Below are positions 38,868 through 49,600 of a stretch of 64,000 bases of DNA, piece after piece. Below the pieces are notes generated by a model. The model ran no database searches. It was not told the DNA's origin and saw only the letters and a list, made by a program, of their open reading frames with translations. Position 1 is the stretch's first letter, and the number at the start of each line of letters is the position of its first letter. The stretch is from positions 1-64,000 of the forward strand of contig JADIIX010000105.1 of NCBI GenBank assembly GCA_027604505.1. The letters run 5' to 3'. The position numbers and the translations under genes are program-made. This stretch comes from Gonapodya sp. JEL0774 (Eukaryota).

Positions 38868-39120
38868 AGAGAAGGTGGGATGGGAGACATGTTGCAGTGA
38901 GATCGCCACCATATGTGTCCCTAGTTGAACAGCTTTGCATCAAACTGTTCGCTGTTGTATTACGGAGCGACTGTATCTTAATAAAACCGTGATGGGCTCC
39001 TGAACGCGGAACGTTGCGAAGACCAACTTCGCACACGGTTCTTCGCACATGCCGATCAAAGGCAGGGACTGTTTTAATATCTCCAATATTGAACGTTAAC
39101 GTCAAGCAGCTTGGATTTTA

Positions 39121-41577
39121 ATGATGGATGTTCCCTCTCAAGCTCCGTCCAGTAGATTGGCGACTCTCGACACCCCGACTCTGCAGTCCGGGAAGTCTTC
39201 GCAACCACCCTCCGATCCTCCACCTCACATGAAGAACAGTCTGCGCCTTAGAACAGTCATTGTATTACAGGTGTTCTTGAAGTGAGCTGGACTTCCGATA
39301 TGTAAGGGGTGGTACTGTGACTAATCAATCTGGCAGTGTCGCTCTGGTTGCAATTCTTCTGACAGTAGTAGCAGTCGTATTCATGCGGTACACGAACACC
39401 GAAGCGATTGATCAAGGTGATATCCGATAGAATCTGATCTCTTGAATGAGTCAGACAACTCAATACTTCAAATGGCACGATGACAGGGACTACTAGCATC
39501 CAAACACTCGCGACGACTATTCAGCGAGAAATGTCTCGCTCATTAATGAGCCAGCTTCAGAACTATCTCTCCAAAGTAGGGGAAGTTTTGCCAAATCGTG
39601 TGAAAGTCAGAAAATTATGAATAACCCATCACCCACAGTGCGAGGCATACGGAAACTCCACAGCAGCTATGTTAAGTGCAACAAAGGGAGCACTTGATCC
39701 TACTGATCCTGAGTGAGGCTTCCGCCAGGAAATTGTCGAAATATCGCGACTGCTAATCGGTTATGTTTCATCAGTACGATCATTCCGTGGATGAAGAAAA
39801 CCTTAGTCGCCCTTGACATAGAAATTTCTTTTGTACATTTCGGCAACAACCGGACACTTGATGATTTTGGTACAGGAATCATACCGTACAGCGTGGGAAA
39901 CATTGGTGAGAATGAAGATATTCCGATCCGGAAGATCATTATCATTTCCCAAACACCTGTGTTTGCCTTCAAGTTTTAACCCCTGGGAAACGGTCATACT
40001 GGCTTGTCTACGCGACTCAAACAGCTCGACAAGCATGTCAACTCTGTCCTGTTGCCACTACTGGCACAAATCAAACATTTTACGAGTTGAAAGACGACAT
40101 GACCCCCGGGGCGTTCGGATACCAGGTTGGACCAGGTTGGACCTTCAAAACTCGGCCTTGGTGGTGAGCCTCGCGATATTGAAACGCCAGTATTAGCTTC
40201 AGTTTCAAGAATCCCACCTCCAGGATTGCCGCGGACGGGAGGCCTGCTGGATCTCCCGTCATGACAGAGCCCTACCTATCAACTGCCGGAACAGCAGTCA
40301 AACTCATTTCTCAATCTCTTTCGTACCCCCTATACTATCCTAATAGCACTTATTTGGGCGTGCTAAGTATCGTGATTCCGGCTTCTGTTATGAGCAGGTT
40401 TCTCGACAAGTCACAACTGTCCGCGACACCCAATACGCTAATTTATTTGATCGGACAGAAGGGGGAGGTGCTGGGTCGTACGGGAGCGTTGGCCAATGGA
40501 TCGGTACGACGGGGTTTTCCGTACCGCCGTTGAGAACTTCACTAAAAACCGTAATTCAGGATCTAACCACAACCGTCGCAGGCACAACCGCGATTAAGAC
40601 CATCTGGGACTACGACCGAGCATCCTATCCACTTATTAATATCTCCTCTAGTGCCATTTTCCAGCAGTCCGGTGGAAACCTCGCAACACTGACTGGAGAA
40701 TACTCCTTCGCGACCTCGGGCAACCAGTACCTATTCCAATATTCCACATACAAGCAGTCGGGATATCAATGGATCTTAGTTTCTGGAGCAGTGAGTATCT
40801 GAATGATTCTTGCGTCGAATATTTGGATTACGACTGATCCAAATGTTGGTCCTGTCCTGATCAGCCAGCAACGGATTACCTCGCCAATACGTTGGAGTTG
40901 CAAAGTCATCTTGGGGATCGCTTATTTATCATGAGCGTCCTTTTAATTATTATCGGTACGCGGCGTGCTCATTGCTTGGTTGTGTGGAAGGACACTGAGC
41001 ACTGTCCATTGACCGTCAGCGGTTCTTCTGATACTTATCTTGAGTCCCGTTTCTCTGATTCTGACTGAGTTAACTATTTCTCGGCCTATCAACCGGATGA
41101 TTGGGGCAATGGAAAAAGGTTCCGTTCGTGTGCATTTTGTTACTTAAAGAAGATGTGTTGGAACACAGCAATACTCTCCAACAGCAACAAGGATGGACTT
41201 TTCTGATGTTCGCGGTGGTGTTCGTGAACCGCATTCTCTAGTCCAAGAAGTTTCAAATATTCAAGCCGTGTTTATCAATATGTTAAAGACGTTTGCGGAT
41301 GTTATAAAAGGTTTGTGCCGTCTAGCCTACTTCCGGCCATCCAGTGAAGTTGACTATTTTATTTTATGAGCCAGGCAGTAAACATACCCTCGGCAAGTCT
41401 CCTGTTACGATGCCTCCAACAATTGTAGCAAGAACATTCCAGTCTCGCCTCGATCCACAGCCGTCCCCATCGCGCTTTTTGAGTGCGGATATGGCGAGTG
41501 ACGCGGAAAGTGGATTTGCCATTTCCAGGAGCGTAAATCAAGCCGAGAGTGGGCTCGCAATGTCCAGGACTGAGTGA
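39121..41577 (+). CDS. Two-TM membrane sensor: dCache-like domain plus HAMP, no output domain (paralog of 4818-7310)
   Basis: LRLRTVIVLQVFL; Cache-like MTEPYLSTAG..SLSYPLYYPNSTYLGVLSIVI; HAMP RPINRMIGAMEK|ATRMDFS..QEVSNIQAVFINML. Confidence 0.78.
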
Positions 41578-42360
41578 TGACTTGCCTGCCGTGAGGAGGA
41601 CTTTGTTGTGAAAAGTCAGAGATCCGTACCGAAGAATTACTTATCATTAGCATACACGTATTTATGGTTGTCTACACGCAGTTACATGTTTTAAGACGTG
41701 GATAGCTCACCTTTTTCACATTGGACTGTGCATCCACATGCTACCAATTTAGGGTCACTCGCCTTTTCTCCTTCTCTCATTCCGTGTATCCGATTCCCAA
41801 CCACGATTCATCCGCCTCCATCAGTGGTGGATTGCATATTTGTCGATTGGATTGCACAATCTCCGTGAGTCTCTTCTTCTTGCCCTCCAGTTCTCCCATG
41901 AGCAGGAACTTTCCATTCTGATTTTGATCGAGTGACGCGAAGCATCCTCATCTGTGGGCGTAAGCAGATCCCACGAGATTCAAAAGGGGAGAGCATACGG
42001 CGTATCTTCACCATACTTAGTCCGTCATGGGTGGATCCCTCGGTCCAAAGTTTCGTTTCACCTCCAGAGATTTTTAATCGGCGATTGCGGAATGCCTGAG
42101 ACGCCACCACCACCACAGTGCGGAAGAATGTGTATTTTCTCATCCTTCCGAACGAATCTCTCGCATACGCTTGCTCTTCATCCCGTGTCAGTTCTGACCA
42201 GTGGTCCCTTCTCTTTTTGCCTCTCCAAACCGTTCACCTTTAGCAGTTCACCATCATAATGTATCTCGCTCCCCTCTTCGGCTTCGAATCATAGAGTTTG
42301 TCTTTCAAGGTGAGCATGTACCGCCTCTTGGTTGCGCCATTCGGACTTCGCACATCGCAC

Positions 42361-42443
42361 CTCTATGATGAACAAATTCACAACAACAAAGACAAGCATA
42401 TGTCCGACGCAACGGTTGAGGAGAAAGTAAAAGGTCTGAGAGA
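42361..42443 (+). ncRNA. snR74: C/D box snoRNA snR74/U27 homolog (guide for 18S Am28, yeast numbering)
   Basis: Box C ATGATGA at 42365; guide AGACAAGCATATG antisense to 18S CAUAUGCUUGUCU; D' CCGA at 42404 (+5 rule hits A28); C' TGAGGA; box D CTGA at 42436; terminal stem; intronic. Confidence 0.9.
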
Positions 42444-42690
42444 TGTTGATGATGGAATGGACTTGCGGAGAACTCGAGCCGCCTGCCTCTCGTCTGCCTT
42501 CATTTTTTGTGTTTCCTTCGCCCAAAACTGACCTCCCAATCCCCCCGCAGTTGCCCGAATGAACAAACTGATCGCGGACTATCAACTACTCGAATGACTA
42601 TATCGAGTCGATTCTATTCAGCGGGTGAGTTCCATACCGGCGATCTTCCCCGTGGTTTGCGAATGCGAATCGCTCGCTTGTCGTGTGTTT

Positions 42691-42790
42691 CTGGTATGAT
42701 GATACTCCAAATCACGATGGTCTTCCGAACGCATTGACGAACACGCCCGAACTATCAGCTCACGAACAAACCCCGGGCATAATCTGATTT
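42691..42790 (+). ncRNA. snR73: C/D box snoRNA snR73/U35 homolog, copy 1 (guide for 25S Cm2959, yeast numbering)
   Basis: Box C ATGATGA at 42696; guide TCACGATGGTCT antisense to LSU AGACCGUCGUGA; D' CCGA at 42725; C' TGACGA; box D CTGA at 42784; flanking stem TGTGTTTC/GAGACACA. Confidence 0.88.
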
Positions 42791-43036
42791 GAGACACAGG
42801 GCAAGACGCGTTTGGCATTCTTGCAGAGCGTCTCGAATTTGTTGACCTGCAGAAAGAATATGATTTGCTGACCACTTCATTGTGCTCCTGCAGATCCAAA
42901 TCCACCTCCCAGAAGTCCAGAAGTCCAAAAAAGAAAACATGAAACCTTCAATGAACACTAGAGACATCTAGTTTAGAAGGTTGAAAAGTGAGTTCAAGTT
43001 GCGGTAACAGAAGGTCCATTGCCACAGGCGGTCCGC

Positions 43037-43136
43037 TCTGTGTGATGATACACCAAATCACGATGGTCTTCCGAACACCTTGACGAACACGCCCGAACTA
43101 TCAGCTCACAAACAAACCCGGGCATAATCTGATGGA
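43037..43136 (+). ncRNA. snR73: C/D box snoRNA snR73/U35 homolog, copy 2
   Basis: Box C GTGATGA at 43042; same guide; D' CCGA at 43071; box D CTGA at 43129; different flanking stem (CAGGC..TCCG/CGGG..GCCTG). Confidence 0.88.
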
Positions 43137-44267
43137 GAACGGGCCTGCCTGACATCTTTGGACAGTGAAACAGAACACTTGCCAATTCAACGCGTTTGAC
43201 TATTTTGCATGCTCTCACCAAGTGTTTCTTCTCTCTCTCTCGTTTCCTTCAATCCCTTGGTCCACACAAGCACAGACAGTACTCCAATGAAGCAGAATCA
43301 GCACATCTACATCCAGTTGGAGTTATCGGTTTGGGCGAGTGTCAAAGCGTCGTTCACGGAATACCCGAATGATAAATTCAAGATGGATTCGACAGCCACA
43401 CGCAGTTCAAAGAACAAATGGCTTGCGGTTTTCCAGTGAAAGCGCATGAGCTGTCGTTAATGGAATTCTGCTCCGACCGTTTTTGTTTTGGCTTGAGAGA
43501 TGTACATACTCACGCATGAGTACATAATACACAGCGCTGATGTGTCTTTGAAAGTACCATCCACGTGGCGTCGCAGCCTTCCAAATAAAGCAAGTTTTCA
43601 AATGTCTAGTAAATCAGATGAAGATACATGGAGATGCTCCAATTTGAGATTGTTCTCGTGGATACTATTGCTATATGAAGATGAGAACGCCGGCAGCCGT
43701 CACGCCTATCAAACGGAAAGAATTATCTGACCGCTATGTATCAAATTTGTGTTACAGCGAGATGCTATTGGCTGTCACATTACTTTTATAATTTCTGACA
43801 CCGACGGCAGATGGTGTGCGGGCGAGTGCAAATTCACAGGCGACTTTTATTTGAGATATCACCTCATCCGGAGAGGGGAAAACAAGCGCATAATTTGGTG
43901 CAAGAATGGGCGTCGTGGGCTGTGTTTTCTTGGTCCGTGTTTTGAGGACCAAGGGTGGCTGTGTGGCACCGAGTGGATTCCGTCGAGGCGGGGACTCCAC
44001 CTAAGCAATACAGAAAAGCGGTGCATGAGCGTAAAGAAAGCAGCAGCAAACTTGTCAGTGAATTTGTCGCCGCGATATCTGCGGGATTGTTGTTGAAACT
44101 AATTCTGTTTTCCAAATTTGTTCATAGCGGTGTTTGGCTCCTCAGAACCGTTGATCCCTGATTATCGCTGTATGCAGTCCTCCCACTTTTCTCCGACTTC
44201 GCAAACATCAAGTAACACTCCAAACCGGCGTGGAGCAAACAGGAGCGAGTTGTCTCTGGACTCCACG

Positions 44268-46186
44268 ATGCCTTCTGTGACGCAACCGCTTCTCCAGGGC
44301 GCGGAAAATGCCGTGAGTTTGAAATGCTCACCATCCCAGGGGATCCACCCATCCTGGCCTTGTTCTGAGTCGAATTGTTTCGCGAAGCAGCCCCCAGCAG
44401 TTCCCCCACCACTACCATCGGCAGACTTTCTTTCCCGCCATTATTTTGGCCGCCCTTCCACCGCCTCTGATGCCCGCGCATCAACGTCAATTGACCTTGC
44501 CGAGCCATCTTACGATTCTTCGGATGACCTAGCGTCTAATGCATCCCTTCTACGTCCAGCAGCGCGCCTAGCAGCGGCTGACGGGATGATTGAGCTCCCA
44601 GTCCAGAGAGCGCTTCCTTCCCGTAGGTGGCTCTTGGTGGCGGGTGCCCTCAGCGCACTACTCCTTATCGGAGCTGGTGTAGCGGGAGTGGTAGTGTGGA
44701 AAAAGAAGGAAAACGTCGCACCATCCTCCGCGATGGTGCTCAACTCGGCATCTGGCGTAGGCAACGGGTTTGGGAGCAACAGTACTCTCAACGCGACACT
44801 CGCACCGGCGAACACTACCTCAACAGCGCTCCTCAAACCATCCACCACCGCATTGCGATCTACTGCTCAAATATCTACCACTGCCGTGACTACGACTGTC
44901 AACACCACCGTTCCTGCTACATCGACACCAACGACCACGACGATCATACAGACAACAACAGAGGTCGTGCGAACGACCACACGTGCCAGACCGAGCTCCA
45001 CCACGGCACCATCCCCTCCTCCCCCATCGTTTGCTCCCAACGCCCCTTTCGGTGAGTTTCGCACAACTGCGACAACGTCAATGCGACCAACTCAGAGCTT
45101 TCCAACCCCCGTCTGCAGGCGTGTTCAACTCATGCAACCAACCTGGTGTCGTCGCAATCACGTTTGATGGTAGGTCGTTTTGGCGATCCAAATTTTTCTC
45201 AAGGTGACAATCAGCTCAACAATAATTACATGCGACTTAGATGGTCCCTTTGCATACACACCCGCTTTGCTCGATTTGCTGGACAGGGAAGGCGTGAAAG
45301 CCACATTTTTTGTGGTACGTCTTCATTTCAAAGTGTTGTGCAGCCACCCCAATCCGGTGTTCGTCACTAACGCCCGTCTCCACGTCTCTCAGAACGGAAG
45401 AAATCAAGGCAATCTTAATGACCCTTACTACGCTGGCATGATGCAGCGGGCCGCGGGAGCGGGACACTGCATAGGATCTCAGTACGTACCCATCTTGGAC
45501 TTACACGGCACTTTGAGTTCTCCCTCACACTCTCCCACCGTCCACGCGTCTACCTACAGCACGTGGAGTCACCGCGACCTGACGACACTGAACGACGATG
45601 TCCTTCGTAGCGAAATCAGCCAAATCGAGGATTCTTTCGTCCAGCTCCTCGGAAAAAAACCTTCCTTCCTCAGACCACCATATGTGAGATCGACCGCTTT
45701 GAAGTAATCCGACTGGGCAGCTCTTTAGCAAACTCTTTTTCCTACAGGGCTCCTATAATCAGCATACACTCGACGTGATTGCAAGTTTTGGTTACTCGTC
45801 TGTAGTTATCTGGAATTACGACACAGATGGTGAGTGGAGAAGAGAGGCGTCACACATTGCGAACTCACTCCATGCATACACGTGACAATTAGATTGGGCC
45901 CATCCCCAAGATGTTGGGGCAAGCTTGGGTGTTTACCAGAACGCACTCAACAACCAGAGCCCCCAGAGGTATGTCGTCTCAAACATCCAATCATGTCCCT
46001 CGTCTCAACACGTGCATCCCCTCCACCCCGTACCTGCACCACAGTGGGAACATTTTGATACTCGACCACGATGTAGTTCCAACCGTGACCACCCTGATCC
46101 AGCAGGCCATTGACGCCGTTCAGAGCAGAGGTGGATGGCGGTTTGTCTCCATGGACGAGTGTCTCGGCCGACCGTGCTACCGATAG
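44268..46186 (+). CDS. CE4 chitin/polysaccharide deacetylase with N-terminal TM anchor and Thr-rich stalk
   Basis: AITFD|DGP, KATFFV|NG, IGSH|TWSH, RPPY|G, WNYDTD|DW, LDHD, FVSMDECLG. Confidence 0.93.
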
Positions 46187-46665
46187 AACGGGCTCGCCGG
46201 AATGGAACCGCTCTGATTTGAATTTCGAGTGGCATTCCAGCTGCTGCAAACTGCTATATTATTTGGACCTAAGGACATATTGCATGCTCGTGGATGACTT
46301 CACCCCAATATGTAATTTGCATATCATAGATATTATTCGTATGGTGTTATCTTTACATACATACTATCAATTGTATTTAGACTCATTAAGATAACCCTTC
46401 GGGTTCAAACGCCATTCGATCATGTTGTAACACAACACGGAGACTCCTCTTGGACCGATTGCGGCTCAAAAATCAAGATGTATTTGAATTGCCACGCGTC
46501 CTTTTTCTGGTTAACGATTTGCTAAACTGTAAATAAATAGAGCAACTGCTTTTTTTTACATCGTTTCCCCAGTACGAGGCACGGACGTCTACCGAGATGT
46601 ATCTACTGAGGGGACCCAATGGAGTGAGGGTAGCACCGGCACCCAATGAACAAGGAGCTACATAC

Positions 46666-49600
46666 CTAAGTATTAGTAGTGTTTGACGTTGTGCTTGTCA
46701 AAACTGCAGTAGTGGGCTTGCTTGGCCTGTGGGAAAGGCAACATGTTCTCATCACAGTTGAGCACCAAAGGCATTTTTTGAAAACATACACCGTTGTTAC
46801 CACTGCACGAGTAGTCGTCACATCGGTATCAGTGGAAGTTACCACAGGAGTAACCTCAGTCGTTGCGATCGCGGTAGACGTGACAGCTCTGTAAACCGAC
46901 ACGATTCTTAAACGCACAGATCACGCAGATTTACAGCAAGCGCAAACACCTACTGTGTCGTAGAGAAAGACGTGGTGGCAGCAGGAGCCGGAATCACACT
47001 TTCCCCGGTGCAGCAGCGTTGGAAGTAGCCCGGACCTTTGTTCACACTGATGCCGTATTTCGTGACACTCTTGAGCCAGTCCGTATTATTAAAGAAAGTG
47101 TCGAGTGTGAACCCAGTGGTCGTCTGGTGCACCCACGATGGGCGCTGTGATACATCGGCCCCAGGGCCGCTGTTGGTGCCAACGACTTCCCAGTAGTTGG
47201 AGTCATTGAAAGCGGTGGAACTCATGGGAATGAATCCAATTGGTACGACTGAAGACGGCATGTACACGTTCTGGAATGTTGCAGCAGATAGAGTACCCCA
47301 AGAGCGCGCCAAATACACGTTTGTGTTGGGGTCCGCTGAATGTTGTCGACAATATTCCTTTGAATGAGTCCCCAAGCGAAGCAAGACTTCATTATTTACT
47401 TACCGGAAATCGAGCTGTCGTAAATCCAGAACCACGAGTTTGCTCGAGTCGCCGGGCTGGGTGTCGCTCCATTCGCAACAACATAGCCATTTTGGATCTT
47501 GTCTGTTCCATTCATGCGTTTTGCGCGGTTGCCGACATGAAACTGTGCGTTCTGGAAGATTGCACGACCATAACCCCACACGAAGTCCACTGGATGGAAA
47601 TTGAAAGATGACGTCTGTGAGTGAGTGCTGAACGTAGAACGATTCACATTTGATGAAACAGTCCTCACCATCTCCGAAAACGTAGATCTGGCGCAGAAAT
47701 TTTGTTCACATGATGATTGTCAAGATATGGATATCAAGAACAAGACAGTTCGGGTGGACTCACGTTGTTGAACCAATGATTCGTTCCGTAGTAGCTAAGC
47801 AACGTGTCTTGCCACGATATAAAATGGCAATTCTCGATGTAAGAATTGTCACCTCTGAAGTAGAAAGCAGGAGCTACAGTGAGGTGGGAATGGAAATATA
47901 TCAATCGGGCGAAGAATGACACAGCGACTCATTGCATCGATGCGTGCCTTGGACTGCAGATGCATTCAGAGGCGCAGTGTTCTCAAACCGGATATCGAAG
48001 GCCTTGAAGTAATTTCCTTTCACCCGGACAGTTGCGGATTCGAAACTTGCGCTGGATGCTCCTGGATTGAGAGCTTGCCAGAGGGGGTTGTTCAAGTAAT
48101 ACGAAATCGTGGTTTTGTCCCATCCATCCCCCACAAGAGTGACGTGATCTTTAAAAATGGTAATCTGAGAGTCGCTGTAGTTGCCCGCTCTAATATAAAC
48201 CACGACTTCCTGCGTGTTGGAAGCAGGGATACTGTCGATGGCCGGTTGAATGCTCCTAAAGTTGCCCGAGCCGTCCTGCGCAACAACAATAGCAGAAGAG
48301 GGAACGTTTTGAGGAAGTGTTACAGGGCCTGTCGCAGGAATAGACGTTGTTATCCCGGCAACAGTAGTTGGAAAAATTTCAGCTACTGTTGTAGTTGATG
48401 TGGTGCTGTATCGACGGGTTAATTAAACACTTCACTATGGGGACGCAAACTTGTGAAAGTAGTCACGTACATCACATTGGTGGTCGCTTCCGCAAAAGCC
48501 GTGGTGCTGTTTCGAAAGAGCACTTCACTGCACAACTCCGACGCCGCAACCTCGTGAAAGTCGAAACTCACATCCCATTCGCAATCAATGTTGTCGAGGA
48601 ACTTGTAGTCGCATCTGTTGTTGAAGAGTCAGCGCTTGAGGAAGCAGCAGTCGTACTAGGGTTTGCCGGCCTGAGGGAACGTGGAATCAGATTCGCTGAT
48701 GATTCTTTAGGGCACCAAGATTGTGAGCTCACTGTGTGGTTATTGTTGTTGTTGTGGGGGGCGCTGCTACCACCGGTTGGTTAGTGCAGCAGCGTTGGAA
48801 GTAACCGACACCCTGATTGACACTAATGCCGTACTTGGTCACGCTCTTCAGCCAAGCCGTGTTGTTGAAGAACGTATCAAGTGTAAAGCCGGTCATGGTT
48901 TGATGAACATAGGAAAGACGATGCGAGACGTCAGCTCCTGGGCCAGAGTTCGTACCGACTACCTCGAAGTAGTTTGTGTCATTCGGGGCACCAGAGCTCA
49001 TGGGAATGAACCCAGCAGGAACCACAGAAGCTGGCATATAGAGTCCTTGGAACGTTGCAGCTGATAGAGTACCCCACGGACGACCCAGGTACACATTAAC
49101 GTTGTCATCCGCTGCCAGCACGGCGTCATAAGCTCAACAAAAAGTCCAAACAAACACAAAATCTCTTCCGCACCTGAGATGGAGCTGTTATAGAGCCAGA
49201 ACCAAGAGTTTGCTTTGTCCGCCGACTTTGGATCTGCTCCGTTTGCCACCACGTAGCCGTTTCTTGTCTTGTCAGTTCCGTTCATACGTTTCGCCCGGTT
49301 GCCAACATGGAATTGAGAGTTCTGGAACATGGCCCGACCGTAGCCCCAAACGAAGTCAACTATGTTTGAAGTAGAGAGTCTTCTAATCAACGGAGAGGTC
49401 TGCTCATAAACGGAAGCGACACTCACCATCTCCGAAGACATAAACCTGCGAGACGTGGGACAAAGCAAACATGAGTAGCCAAAATAAAAGTTTGCAGGTT
49501 CTTGTCAAATAAACCTACGTTGTTAAACAATTGGTTGGTTCCGGTGTAACTGAGAAGGGTGTCCTGCCAAGAAACGAAGTAGCAATTTTCAATGTAGGAG

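Noticed and set aside
42428..42443. AAGGTCTGAGA resembling RNase P RNA CR-I
   Set aside because: It is the D box of the snR74 homolog, and no matching CR-V partner was found.
42696..43132. ~90-bp direct repeat as a CRISPR unit, LTR or coding duplication
   Set aside because: The repeat limits coincide with C and D boxes and it carries an rRNA guide, so it is a duplicated snoRNA. No CRISPR array or cas gene is seen in the window.
43400..44115. Short ORFs possibly from a decayed gene or transposon
   Set aside because: No recognisable motifs, terminal repeats or consistent frame.
46560..46670. Donor-like GTATGT immediately after the pectinase stop, hinting at a lost further domain
   Set aside because: No recognisable coding sequence downstream; it could be a 3' UTR intron or chance.
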